Shown here: in pieces, positions 37,777 through 47,720 of the stretch
Layout: every line of letters starts with the position of its first letter
How positions within the stretch are numbered: the stretch's first letter is position 1
Made by a program: the position numbers and the translations under genes
Notes under the pieces: model-generated
What the model saw: the letters and a program-made list of their open reading frames with translations, nothing else
What the model was told of the DNA's origin: nothing
The model's database searches: none
Assembly (NCBI GenBank): GCA_038325875.1
Contig: JBBQJL010000001.1
Location: forward strand, 50,881 to 114,880
Length of the DNA stretch: 64,000 nt
Direction: 5' to 3'
Source of the DNA: Candidatus Limnocylindrales bacterium
GTDB taxonomy: Bacteria; Chloroflexota; Limnocylindria; Limnocylindrales; CSP1-4

Positions 37777-37786
37777 GCGCGGTCCG

Positions 37787-40153
37787 ATGAGCGCCGTGGC
37801 GCCGCCCCCGATCGCGGACGAGCCGCTCCATCGCCGTCTCGGTGTGACCGACCAGGAGCTCGGGGTCATCGAGACGAAGCTCGGGCGCCCGCCGAACGAC
37901 CTTGAGCTGGCGATGTTCAGCGTGATGTGGAGCGAGCACTGCTCGTACAAGAGCTCGAAGCCGCTCCTCCGGACACTGCCGACCGCCGGCGAGGTCGTGG
38001 TCGCGGGCCCCGGCGAGAATGCCGGAGTGATCTCGATCGGCGACGGTCTGGCGGTCGCGTTCAAGATCGAATCGCACAACCATCCGAGCGCCGTCGAGCC
38101 GTATCAGGGCGCTGCGACCGGGGTCGGCGGGATCCTGCGCGACATCTTCACGATGGGTGCGCGGCCGATCGCCGTCCTCGATGCGCTCCGTTTCGGCGAT
38201 CCATCCGACCCGCGCACGCGCCACCTCGTGAACGGCGTCGTCCGCGGCGTCGGCGGCTACGGCAACTGCGTCGGCGTGCCGACCGTCGGCGGCGAGCTCG
38301 TGTTCGACTCGACCTATGGCGGCAACCCGCTGGTCAACGTGATGGCAATCGGCCTGCTCGAGGAGCGGCTGCTGACCCTGGCAGCGGCTCCGGGTCCGGG
38401 CAACCTGGCGGTCCTGTTCGGGTCAACCACCGGTCGCGACGGCATCGGCGGCGCCTCGGTCCTGGCGTCGGCCACGTTCGGTGCCGATGAGCCGTCGAAG
38501 CGTCCGACCGTCCAGGTCGGCGACCCGTTCGCCGAGAAGCTGCTCATCGAGGCCAGCCTCGAGCTGATCGAGCGTGGCCTGGTCGAGGGCCTCCAGGACC
38601 TCGGCGCCGGCGGGATCACCTGCGCCACGTCCGAGACGGCCGACCGCGCCGGCACGGGGATCCTGATCGACCTGGATGCCATCCCGCGTCGGGAGCCGGG
38701 GATGGCCCCGTTCGAGGTGATGATCTCGGAGTCGCAGGAGCGGATGCTCGCGGTCATCCTGCCCGAGCGCTGGGACGAGGTCCGGGATGTCTGCGTCCGA
38801 TGGGGCCTGCCCGTCGCGGTCATCGGCCGGGTCACGGCCGACGGGGACGTGACCGTCGTCGAGGGCGGCCTCGACCCGACTGGTCGACCGAACCCCGGCG
38901 CCCTCGAGATCGCCCGGATCCCGGCTCCGGCCCTGACCAGCGATGCGATCGTCCACGACCGCCTCGCGACCCCTCCGCCGCGGCAACGCGCCGCCGCGGC
39001 GCCGGGCCTCGAGCCCGGGCCGACCGCCGGGCTGCCCGAGCGAGGGATGGACCCCGGCGCCGTCCTCCTGTCGCTCATCGGCGGCGCCAACCTGTCGAGC
39101 CGGCACTGGGTCCACGAGCAGTACGACAGCCACGTCCAGGCCAACACGGTCGTCGGCCCGGGTCACGGCGCCGCCGTCATCCGGATCAAGGGCACGACCA
39201 GGGCACTGGTTGCCGCGACCGATGGGAACCAGTCGGTCGGCCGGGCCGACCCGTGGCTCGGCGCCGCCTTGAGCGTGGCCGAGGCCACCCGCAACGTGTC
39301 GATCACCGGTGCCCGTCCGCTCGGCGTGACGAACTGCCTGAACTATGGCGATCCGACCCGTCCGGAGGCGTTCTGGCAGCTCCAGGAGGGGGTCCGCGGG
39401 CTGGGCGATGCCTGTCGGGCGCTCGGCCTGCCGGTCACCGGCGGGAACGTGTCGCTCTACAACGAGTCGCCGACCGGGGCGATCGCGCCGACGCCCGAGA
39501 TCGGCGTGGTCGGCCTGCTCGACGATGTCGCGACCCGGGTCGGGCCAGCGTTCGACGCTGCCGATGACGCCGTCATCCTCGTCGGCGAGTCGACGCCGGG
39601 GCTGTTCGGCAGCGCCTATGCCGAGCTGGCCGGCGTCGCGCCCGAGGATGGACCGCCGTCGCTCGACCTCGCTCGCGAAGGAGCCCTCCAGGTCTTCATC
39701 CGCGAGGCGATCGGGCGTGGTCTGGTCGCTTCGGCCCAGGACGTCAGCGGGGGCGGGCTGGCCGTGGCCGTGGCCGAGGGCTGTATATGGGCCGCCGGCG
39801 GCGGCGTCGGCGCGACGCTCCGGCTGCCAGTCGCCGGCGCTCCGGCGGTCGAGCTGTTCGGCGAGAGTCCGTCGCGGCTCATCCTCAGCTGCCGCCCACG
39901 GCACGCGCCCGCGCTCATCCTGCTCGCCCGCCAGCACCGGCTGCCTGTCGAGCAACTGGGCACGGTCGGGGGCGATCGACTGTTCATCGAGCTGGCCGGC
40001 CAGGGCGCGACGGGTGCCGCCGAGGAGCGCGGCTCGCGGATCGCCGATGCCGTCGATGTCCCGGTGGCCGACCTTGCCCACGCCTGGCGGTCGGGGCTCG
40101 CCCGGGCGCTCGGCGAGGATGGCGAGCCCGCCTCGCTCCCGGAGGACCGCTGA
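37787..40153 (+). CDS. purL: Phosphoribosylformylglycinamidine synthase large subunit
   Basis: ...[19 protein letters not shown]...[21 protein letters not shown]..., typical PurL. Confidence 0.9.
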   Translation: MSAVAPPPIADEPLHRRLGVTDQELGVIETKLGRPPNDLELAMFSVMWSEHCSYKSSKPLLRTLPTAGEVVVAGPGENAGVISIGDGLAVAFKIESHNHPSAVEPYQGAATGVGGILRDIFTMGARPIAVLDALRFGDPSDPRTRHLVNGVVRGVGGYGNCVGVPTVGGELVFDSTYGGNPLVNVMAIGLLEERLLTLAAAPGPGNLAVLFGSTTGRDGIGGASVLASATFGADEPSKRPTVQVGDPFAEKLLIEASLELIERGLVEGLQDLGAGGITCATSETADRAGTGILIDLDAIPRREPGMAPFEVMISESQERMLAVILPERWDEVRDVCVRWGLPVAVIGRVTADGDVTVVEGGLDPTGRPNPGALEIARIPAPALTSDAIVHDRLATPPPRQRAAAAPGLEPGPTAGLPERGMDPGAVLLSLIGGANLSSRHWVHEQYDSHVQANTVVGPGHGAAVIRIKGTTRALVAATDGNQSVGRADPWLGAALSVAEATRNVSITGARPLGVTNCLNYGDPTRPEAFWQLQEGVRGLGDACRALGLPVTGGNVSLYNESPTGAIAPTPEIGVVGLLDDVATRVGPAFDAADDAVILVGESTPGLFGSAYAELAGVAPEDGPPSLDLAREGALQVFIREAIGRGLVASAQDVSGGGLAVAVAEGCIWAAGGGVGATLRLPVAGAPAVELFGESPSRLILSCRPRHAPALILLARQHRLPVEQLGTVGGDRLFIELAGQGATGAAEERGSRIADAVDVPVADLAHAWRSGLARALGEDGEPASLPEDR

Positions 40154-40154
40154 G

Positions 40155-41657
40155 ATGTGCGGCGTGTTCGGGGTCGTCCTGCCCGTCGGCCGCGATTCCG
40201 AGGCCGCCCAGATCGCCGCGCTCGGCCTGTTCGCCCTCCAGCACCGTGGCCAGGAATCGGCCGGGATCGCGGTCAGCGACGGACGCGAGCTGATGCTCTA
40301 CAAGGACCTCGGGATGATCGCCTCGGTCCTCGACGAGCGGCGACTGCCGAGCCTGCGCGGCAATCTGGCGATCGCCCACTGCCGCTACTCCACGACCGGG
40401 TCCACCATCTGGGAGAACGCCCAGCCGACGTTCCGCCTCGGGCCGCGGCGGGCGGTCGCGATCGGGCACAACGGCAATCTGGTCAATACCCGCGAGCTGC
40501 TCGACCAGCTCCGCGGCGGGCGGACCCGCCTGCCCGCCTCGACCGACACCGAGCTGCTGACGGCGCTCCTGGCCGACGAGCCGGCCGCCGACACGATCGA
40601 GGCCCTGGTCAAGGTCCTGCCCCGGGTCCGCGGGGCCTACAGCCTTGTCGTGCTCGACGAGCGACGGGTCATCGGCGTGCGCGACCCGTTCGGCTTTCGT
40701 CCGCTCGTCCTCGGTCGGCTGCCCGCGCCAGATGCCGTCGATGGGGCCCTCGAGCCCGGCCTGTGGGGTGACGACGACGCGGGCGCCGGCTGGATCCTCA
40801 GCTCGGAGACGACCGGCCTCGACATCGTCGGCGCCGAGTTCGTGCGCGACGTGGAGCCGGGCGAGATCGTCGTCCTCGAGCCCGGCCGGGCACCGCGCTC
40901 GGTCCGCTTCGCCGAGGCGAAGCCCGCCCTGTGCGTGTTCGAGTTGATCTACTTCGCCCGCCCCGACTCGTACATGGAGGGGCGCAACCTGTACGAGGCG
41001 CGCCGGCGGATGGGGATGCAGCTGGCCGACGAGCACCCGGTCGCGACCGACCTGGTCATGCCGGTGCCGGACACCGGCGCGCCGGCAGCGGCCGGCTATG
41101 CCGAGCGCTCGGGCATCCCGTACCGGGAGGGCCTCGTCCGCAACCGGTACACCGGCCGGACGTTCATCCAGCCGTCCCAGACGCTCCGTCACCGCGGCGT
41201 GACGATGAAGCTCAACCCGCTCAGGGAGGTCGTCCGCGGCCAGCGCCTGACCGTCGTCGACGACTCGATCGTGCGCGGCACCACGACCAAGCAGATCGTC
41301 GCTCTCCTGCGCAAGGCCGGGGCGGCCGAAGTCCATGTCCGGATCAGCGCTCCGCCGATCTACCACCCGTGCTTCTACGGGATCGATACCCAGATCGAGA
41401 CCGAACTCATCGCATCGACCCATTCGACCGAGCAGATCCGCGAGTTCATCGGTGCCGATTCGCTCGGCTACCTGTCGATCGCGGGGGTCCTGACCGCGCT
41501 CGACCTGCCCTACGAGCGGTTCTGCTTCGCCTGTTTCGACGGCGTCTACCCGGTGCCGGTCCCGTACGACGCCCGCAGTCGGAAGTTCATGCTCGAGGAG
41601 GAGCCCGGGGCCGATCTGGCCGTGCCGGTCGCGCCCGGGTCGGGCGGGCGTGGCTGA
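40155..41657 (+). CDS. purF: Amidophosphoribosyltransferase
   Basis: MCGVFGVV with the N-terminal Cys nucleophile, ...LQHRGQESAGIAV...AHCRYSTTG, and the PRTase motif VVDDSIVRGTT. Confidence 0.9.
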   Translation: MCGVFGVVLPVGRDSEAAQIAALGLFALQHRGQESAGIAVSDGRELMLYKDLGMIASVLDERRLPSLRGNLAIAHCRYSTTGSTIWENAQPTFRLGPRRAVAIGHNGNLVNTRELLDQLRGGRTRLPASTDTELLTALLADEPAADTIEALVKVLPRVRGAYSLVVLDERRVIGVRDPFGFRPLVLGRLPAPDAVDGALEPGLWGDDDAGAGWILSSETTGLDIVGAEFVRDVEPGEIVVLEPGRAPRSVRFAEAKPALCVFELIYFARPDSYMEGRNLYEARRRMGMQLADEHPVATDLVMPVPDTGAPAAAGYAERSGIPYREGLVRNRYTGRTFIQPSQTLRHRGVTMKLNPLREVVRGQRLTVVDDSIVRGTTTKQIVALLRKAGAAEVHVRISAPPIYHPCFYGIDTQIETELIASTHSTEQIREFIGADSLGYLSIAGVLTALDLPYERFCFACFDGVYPVPVPYDARSRKFMLEEEPGADLAVPVAPGSGGRG

Positions 41658-42780
41658 CCTTCGCCGAGCCTACGTCCGAGCGGGGGTCGATGTGACCGCC
41701 GGTGAGCGGACGGTCGAGCTCATCCGGGATGCGGTCGAATCGACCCGTCGCCCGGAGGTCATCGGTGGTCTCGGCGGCTTCGCCGGCGCGGTCGGGATGC
41801 CGGCCGGGTTGCGCGACCCGATCCTGGTCAGCGCGACCGACGGAGTCGGGACGAAGACCGCGATCGCCACGGCGCTCGACCGCTTCGACACGATCGGGAT
41901 CGACCTCGTCGCGATGTGTGCCGACGACGTCGTGTGCACCGGCGCGGCTCCGCTGTTCTTCCTCGACTACGTCGCTGTCGGGCGGCTCGATCCGGGCAAT
42001 GTCGCCGAGCTGGTCAGCGGCGTGGCGGCCGGCTGTCGGACCGCTGGATGCGCCCTGGTCGGCGGGGAGACCGCCGAACACCCCGGGATGATCGGCGGAG
42101 ACGAGTTCGACCTCGCCGGGTTCTGTGTCGGTGTCGTCGAACGGGACCGGGTGATCGACGGCGCATCGATCCGCCCCGGGGACGCGATCGTCGGCCTGGC
42201 CGCGTCCGGACTCCACGCCAATGGGTTCTCGCTCGTCCGAGCGCTCATCGCCCAGTTCGATCTCGACCTGCGTTCGCCGTACCAGGAGCGGCTCCGTCGG
42301 TCGATCGGTGATGCCGCGACCGAGGCGGCCCTGGCGCTGGAACCGAACCAGGCGATGGCGACCCTCGGGGAGGTCGTCTTGACGCCGACCACCGTCTATG
42401 CAGGGGCGATCCTCCGGCTCCGGGCGGCGCTCGAGACGGCCGGCCACGACCTCCGCGGCATCGCCCACATCACTGGCGGTGGCCTGCCGGGCAATGCTCC
42501 ACGGATGCTCCCGGACGGGCTGGCCGCGCGGCTCGACCCCGATCTGTGGCCGATGCCGTCGGTCATGCGCCTGTTCGGCGCGCTCGGCGGCCTCGAGGAC
42601 GACGAGCTTCGAGCGACCTTCAACGGCGGACTCGGGATGGTCGTCGCGGTGGCGCCCGAGGCGGTCGCGGCCACCCTGAGCTCGTTCCGGGCCGACGGCC
42701 TCGCCGCCTGGCCGGTCGGCCGGGTCGTCGACCGCTCGACGACCGATGATCAGCGCTACGTCGAGGGGCCGATCCGGTGA
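41650..42780 (+). CDS. purM: Phosphoribosylformylglycinamidine cyclo-ligase (AIR synthetase)
   Basis: The GTG start overlaps the purF 3' end by 8 nt. The protein reads ...IGGLGGFAG...VSATDGVGTK...HITGGGL. Confidence 0.85.
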   Translation: MADLRRAYVRAGVDVTAGERTVELIRDAVESTRRPEVIGGLGGFAGAVGMPAGLRDPILVSATDGVGTKTAIATALDRFDTIGIDLVAMCADDVVCTGAAPLFFLDYVAVGRLDPGNVAELVSGVAAGCRTAGCALVGGETAEHPGMIGGDEFDLAGFCVGVVERDRVIDGASIRPGDAIVGLAASGLHANGFSLVRALIAQFDLDLRSPYQERLRRSIGDAATEAALALEPNQAMATLGEVVLTPTTVYAGAILRLRAALETAGHDLRGIAHITGGGLPGNAPRMLPDGLAARLDPDLWPMPSVMRLFGALGGLEDDELRATFNGGLGMVVAVAPEAVAATLSSFRADGLAAWPVGRVVDRSTTDDQRYVEGPIR

Positions 42781-45074
42781 GCGCTGGCCACGGACGGATC
42801 GCCGTCGGGGTGTCCGGCGCTGGCTCCAACCTGCGCGCGCTCGCCGCCGCTGCGGCCCGGGGCGAGTTGGGTGGCGCGATCGTCCTGGTGTTCGCGGACC
42901 GGGCCTGTCCGGCCCTCGACTGGGCAGCCGAGCAGGGGATCGAGACGGCGCTGGTGCCCGCCGAGCGCGCTGATGGCGCCGGCCGAGCTGCGCAGGATGC
43001 GACCCTCGCGGCGACGCTCGGGGCGGTCTCACCCGACGTGGTCGTCCTGGCCGGCTACATGCGGATCGTCGGTCCCCTCACGCTGGCTGCCTTCCCGGCC
43101 CGCATCCTCAACACCCATCCGGCACTACTGCCCGCGTTCCCCGGTGCCCACAGCGTGGCCGACGCGCTCGCCCATGGCGCCGCGGTCAGTGGCGCGACCG
43201 TTCATCTCGTCGACGCGACCCTCGACGGCGGACCGATCGTGGTCCAGGAAGCCGTTCCGGTCGACCCGACCGACGACGAACCGACCCTCCACGCCCGGAT
43301 CCGGGCGGTCGAGCACCGACTGCTCCCACGGGCGGTGGCGCTCGCGCTGGCCGGCGCGCTCCGGCTCGATTCGGCGTCCGGTCGGGTGTCGGTCGATGTC
43401 GATCTTGCCGAGGCGACCATCCCGACGCCACGCCGCGCCCTGCTGTCGGTCAGCGACAAGACCGACCTGGTCGACTTTGGGCGAGGCCTCGTCGGCCTCG
43501 GGTTCGAGCTCGTGTCGACCGGCGGCACTGCCCGGGCCCTGCGTAACGCTGGACTTCCGGTGACCGATGTCGCCGCGATCACCGGGTTCCCCGAGATGCT
43601 CGACGGCCGGGTGAAGACCCTGCATCCCCGGATCCACGCCGGGATCCTGGCCGACCGCCGTCTGGTCGACCACCGGCGCCAGCTGGTCGCGGCGGGGATC
43701 GCGCCATTCGAGCTCGTCGTCGTCAACCTGTACCCGTTCGCCGCGGCGGCCGACCGACCCGGGATCGAGTTCGATGCGCTGGTCGAGGAGATCGACATCG
43801 GCGGCCCGTCGATGGTCAGGGCGGCCGCCAAGAACCATGCCAGCGTCGCGATCGTGACCAGTCCGCTGCGCTACCGGTCGGTCCTGCGGGCCCTCGCGGA
43901 CGAGGGCTGCGTCCCGCTCGGTCTCCGCTCGGTGCTGGCCGTCGACGCCTTTCGACACACGGCCGCGTATGACGCGCGGATCGCCGCCGAGCTGCCCGGG
44001 CGGATGGCCGCCGCCGGTGTCCCGCTGCCGGATGAGCCGGGGCTGCCCGGCGCGACCGACCCGTTCCCGCCGACCTTGACGATCGGGCTCGACAAGGTCG
44101 AGACACTCCGCTACGGCGAGAACCCGCACCAGGCTGCGGCGCGCTACCGTCGCGCCGGGACGATCGACGACGGCCCGTTCGCGTCGGGCGCCCCGCCGCT
44201 CCAGGGCAAGCCACTGAGCTACAACAACGTGCTCGATGCCGCGGCGGTCGCCGCCCTGGCCCGATCGCTGCGCGGACCGGGCTGTGTCATCGTCAAGCAC
44301 ACCAACCCATGTGGCGCGGCGGAGCGGTCGACCCTGCTCGAGGCGTGGCGCGACGCGCTGGCCGGCGATCCCGTGTCTGCCTTCGGCGGGGTCGTGGGGC
44401 TGACCGGGACGGTCGACCGACCGCTGGCGGAGGCGCTGATATCGATCTTCCTGGAAGTCGTGGTCGCGCCGGCGTTCGATCCGGACGCCCTGGTGGTCCT
44501 GGCCGCCAAGCCGAACCTGCGCCTCGTGGCCGATCCGTCGCTCGGGGGTCGCGGGGCAGCGGGCGACTCACCGGTCGCACCGGCAGTTCCGGGCCCGGAC
44601 CCGCTCGGTGCGATCCGGACGGCCGGCGGCGCGATCCTGGTGAGCACCCCCGACAGCGCAGTCGACGACCCGACGACCTGGACCCTGGCCACCAGCCGGG
44701 CGCCGTCCGACGACGAGCGCCGTGACCTCGACCTCGCCTGGCGCCTATGCCGAGGCGTGACCAGCAACGCGATCGTCCTGGTCAAGGGCGGTCGGCTGGT
44801 CGGCCTCGGGTCCGGCCAGACGAGCCGGGTCGACGCCGCCCGCCAGGCCGTCGACCGGGCTCGCTCGATCTCCGGCCCGGTCGCCACGATCGGCGCAGTC
44901 TGTGGATCGGACGCGTTCTTCCCCTTCGCCGACGCCGTCGAAGCGTGTCTCGCCGCCGGGGTGACGGCGTTCGCCCAGCCGGGCGGTTCCATCCGGGACG
45001 CCGAGGTCGTCGCGGTCGCCGAGGCCGCCGCCGCCACCATGGTCCTCACCGGGGTCCGCCACTTCCGGCATTGA
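42777..45074 (+). CDS. purNH: Fused GAR formyltransferase (PurN, N-terminal ~200 aa) + bifunctional AICAR transformylase/IMP cyclohydrolase (PurH) in one 765-aa ORF
   Basis: The N-terminus reads RIAVGVSGAGSNLRAL...VVLAGYMRIV...NTHPALLPAFPG (PurN). It continues in the same frame into RRALLSVSDKTDLVDFG...STGGTA...VKTLHPRIHAGIL...GGPSMVRAAAKNH (PurH). There is no stop between the two domains. Confidence 0.8.
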   Translation: MSAGHGRIAVGVSGAGSNLRALAAAAARGELGGAIVLVFADRACPALDWAAEQGIETALVPAERADGAGRAAQDATLAATLGAVSPDVVVLAGYMRIVGPLTLAAFPARILNTHPALLPAFPGAHSVADALAHGAAVSGATVHLVDATLDGGPIVVQEAVPVDPTDDEPTLHARIRAVEHRLLPRAVALALAGALRLDSASGRVSVDVDLAEATIPTPRRALLSVSDKTDLVDFGRGLVGLGFELVSTGGTARALRNAGLPVTDVAAITGFPEMLDGRVKTLHPRIHAGILADRRLVDHRRQLVAAGIAPFELVVVNLYPFAAAADRPGIEFDALVEEIDIGGPSMVRAAAKNHASVAIVTSPLRYRSVLRALADEGCVPLGLRSVLAVDAFRHTAAYDARIAAELPGRMAAAGVPLPDEPGLPGATDPFPPTLTIGLDKVETLRYGENPHQAAARYRRAGTIDDGPFASGAPPLQGKPLSYNNVLDAAAVAALARSLRGPGCVIVKHTNPCGAAERSTLLEAWRDALAGDPVSAFGGVVGLTGTVDRPLAEALISIFLEVVVAPAFDPDALVVLAAKPNLRLVADPSLGGRGAAGDSPVAPAVPGPDPLGAIRTAGGAILVSTPDSAVDDPTTWTLATSRAPSDDERRDLDLAWRLCRGVTSNAIVLVKGGRLVGLGSGQTSRVDAARQAVDRARSISGPVATIGAVCGSDAFFPFADAVEACLAAGVTAFAQPGGSIRDAEVVAVAEAAAATMVLTGVRHFRH

Positions 45075-45113
45075 CGGGCGCGAGGCCCGCCGCCCCCCGC
45101 CGCACCCCGAACC

Positions 45114-45141
45114 CCGCCGCCCGCCGCCCGCCGCCCGCCGC
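45114..45141. repeat. (CCGCCGC)x4 GC-rich microsatellite in the purNH downstream spacer
   Basis: Read directly from the sequence. Confidence 0.6.
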
Positions 45142-45157
45142 ACCACTCCGGGTGGCC

Positions 45158-45183
45158 GATCTACGCTTCAGCAAGCGTGGATC
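45158..45183 (+). terminator. 11-bp stem hairpin downstream of purNH (possible operon terminator; no U-tract)
   Basis: GATCTACGCTT-cagc-AAGCGTGGATC (one G-U pair). Confidence 0.3.
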
Positions 45184-45398
45184 GCTGCGCCGAATGACGA
45201 CATCAGGTCGTCTGCCCGCTTGGTGTCGGCGATCCTGACCACTCTCAGTAGCGGACGCCGCGGGAGTGGCGGACTGGCCGCGTCCCACGCTCGATCGGAG
45301 CACCGAACGGCCGTCGCTGGCCAGTCTGGCCGATCCGGTGCAGAATCAACCGACCGCGCAGGGCGAGACTGCCCGCTGGACCGAGGAGGGACGCCCCG

Positions 45399-46007
45399 AT
45401 GAGCGACGAACAGACCAGCCCGCCGACCGATACGAACGCCCACGCCGACGAGGCGTCCACCGACGACATGCACGCCGACGCCGTGGATGGCGGGCGCGAT
45501 CTCGGAACGATCGTGGCGACCATCGGAACGACCGTGTCGTCGATCGCCCACGACCTGGCCGAGAAGGCCGGACCCACCATCAAGAACGCCACGGAGAAGG
45601 CCAGCCCGGCCGTCCGCGAGGTGACCGCCAAGGCGGCCGATGTCGCGGCCAAGGCGGGCGACGCGGCCGGTCCGTTCGCGGAGAAGGTGGCCGGGGCGAC
45701 CGCCGACATCGGAGCCAAGATCGCCGAGCGCAGCCGGAGCTTCGCGTCCGACGTCCGCCATGCCGGGGAGGATGCGGCCGACAAGTTCAAGTCCGGCGTC
45801 TCGAGCGCGACCGGCAATAGGCCCGACAAGGCTGAGGACGCGGCTTCCGATCTCGCCGCCGACACTGGTCGCGGTGCCGACAAGGCGAGCGACACGGCGT
45901 CAGCTGCGGCCCATCGCGCGGCCGATGCGGCCGGTGACGCGGCCCACCGCGCGGCCGATGCGGCCGGCGACGTCGCCGACGACGTGACCAGGCCGACGTC
46001 CGCCTAG
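45399..46007 (+). CDS. Hypothetical Ala-rich protein with 11-residue amphipathic repeats (LEA/apolipoprotein-like, low complexity)
   Basis: Repeated units such as KAADVAAKAGDAAGPFAEKVAGATADIGAKIAE. Third-position GC is strong, which is consistent with coding. A GAGGAGGGA RBS lies upstream. Confidence 0.55.
   Translation: MSDEQTSPPTDTNAHADEASTDDMHADAVDGGRDLGTIVATIGTTVSSIAHDLAEKAGPTIKNATEKASPAVREVTAKAADVAAKAGDAAGPFAEKVAGATADIGAKIAERSRSFASDVRHAGEDAADKFKSGVSSATGNRPDKAEDAASDLAADTGRGADKASDTASAAAHRAADAAGDAAHRAADAAGDVADDVTRPTSA
45906..45971 (+). repeat. 33-bp tandem duplication (2 copies, 2 mismatches) inside the Ala-rich protein gene, encoding AAHRAADAAGD x2
   Basis: The copies are at 45906-45938 and 45939-45971. 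Confidence 0.7.
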
Positions 46008-46058
46008 GGATCAGCGCCTGCCCGGCCGGTCGTTGGTGCCTGCTACCATCGGCCGGCC

Positions 46059-47702
46059 ATGACCGAGCCCGCCCGGTACTACCTGACCACGGCGATCGCC
46101 TACGCCAACAACCGGCCGGGCCTGCATACGCTGTACGAGGTCATCGCTGCCGACGTCATCGCGCGCTGGCACCGGATGGTCGGTCGTGACACGAGGTTCC
46201 TGACCGGCACCGACGAGCACTCGGTCAACATCGCCCAGCAGGCAGCCGAAGAGGGCCGACCTCCGCGCGACTTCGTCGACGAGAAGGTCGAGCTGTTCAA
46301 GGCGGCCGAGACGGCCCTGGCGATCGCACCCGATCGGTTCATCCGGACGACCGACCCGGATCACCTCCGGGCCGCCCAGGAGATGGTCCGACGGGCCCAC
46401 GCCAACGGCGACATCTACCTCGGCACGTACGAGGGCTGGTATTGCCCCAACGAGGGCTTCCGCAACGCCACCGACGTCCAGGAGACGGCCCGCGGCACGG
46501 TCTGTCCGAACCATCCGGAGATTCCACTCCAGTGGCTCACCGAACGGAACTGGTTCTTCCGCTTGTCCGCCTACCAGGAGCGGCTCGAGCGTCACTACGC
46601 CGACCATCCGGAGTTCGTCCAGCCCGACTTCCGTCGGAACGAGATGCTCGGGTTCATCCGACAGGGGCTCGAGGACTTCTCGATCAGCCGGCCAGGCGTG
46701 GCGTGGGGGATCCCGTTCCCGATCGCCGAGAACGGTGAGACTGCGCAGCGCGAGGACGGCAGCTGGGACCCGGAAGCCGGCACCATCTACGTCTGGTACG
46801 ACGCCCTGATCAACTACATCACCGGCGCCGGGTTCCCGGACGACCCCGACGCCTTCGCTCAGTGGTGGCCGGCCGACCTCCATGTCATCGGCAAGGACAT
46901 CGCCCGGTTCCACACGATCTACTGGCCGGCGATGCTGTGGAGTGCCGGGCTCGAAGCGCCGCGCCGAGTCTGGGTCCACGGCTGGCTGCTGACCCATGGC
47001 GAGCGAATGAGCAAGAGCCGCGGCAACTTCCTCGATCCGGACGCCGTCGTGGCGGCCTTCGGCGCCGACGGGGCGCGCTACGTCACCCTGCGGGAAGTGC
47101 CCTTCGACCGCGATGCCGAGGTGAGCTGGGATTCATTCGTGCGGCGCTACAACGCCGACCTCGCCAACGACTTCGGCAACCTCGTCAATCGGACCGTGTC
47201 GATGGCCGGCCGCTATCTCGGCGACAGGCGCCCCGCCCCGGGCCGCACGCCGGCCTCGTCGCTCGGGGCTGCCTGGCCCGACATCGCGACGCGCTACCGG
47301 GAACGCCTCGAGGCATGCCTCCTGCACGACGCCCTGGCGGTTCTCTGGGAGTTCGTCGGGGCGGCCAACAAGCTGGTCGACGCCGAGCAGCCGTGGGTCC
47401 TGGCCAAGGCCGCCAAGGCGGGCGACACGGACGCCGAGCGACGACTCGAGGCGGTCCTCGGCGACCTGGTCGAGGCCTGCCGGCTGATCGGCCTGGCCGC
47501 CGCGCCGTTCATGCCCGGGATCGCACCCAGGGTCCTCACTCAGCTCGGCCAACGCTACCCCTACCTGGCCGACGGGAACGGCGGCCCGGCCTTGCTCGAC
47601 GAGCTGCGCTGGGGCGCGCACGCGGCTGAGGCGGGGACACTATCGGCGCCCCAACCGCTGTTCCCGCGCCTCGAGGCGGAGCTCGCCCCGGAGGCTGGCT
47701 GA
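46059..47702 (+). CDS. metG: Methionyl-tRNA synthetase (short form, no C-terminal tRNA-binding extension)
   Basis: YYLTTAIAYANNRPGLHTLYEVIAADV with the HIGH-region analog, plus the KMSKS motif (MSKSRGNF). Confidence 0.9.
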   Translation: MTEPARYYLTTAIAYANNRPGLHTLYEVIAADVIARWHRMVGRDTRFLTGTDEHSVNIAQQAAEEGRPPRDFVDEKVELFKAAETALAIAPDRFIRTTDPDHLRAAQEMVRRAHANGDIYLGTYEGWYCPNEGFRNATDVQETARGTVCPNHPEIPLQWLTERNWFFRLSAYQERLERHYADHPEFVQPDFRRNEMLGFIRQGLEDFSISRPGVAWGIPFPIAENGETAQREDGSWDPEAGTIYVWYDALINYITGAGFPDDPDAFAQWWPADLHVIGKDIARFHTIYWPAMLWSAGLEAPRRVWVHGWLLTHGERMSKSRGNFLDPDAVVAAFGADGARYVTLREVPFDRDAEVSWDSFVRRYNADLANDFGNLVNRTVSMAGRYLGDRRPAPGRTPASSLGAAWPDIATRYRERLEACLLHDALAVLWEFVGAANKLVDAEQPWVLAKAAKAGDTDAERRLEAVLGDLVEACRLIGLAAAPFMPGIAPRVLTQLGQRYPYLADGNGGPALLDELRWGAHAAEAGTLSAPQPLFPRLEAELAPEAG

Positions 47703-47720
47703 GCCGATGCCGATGACCGC

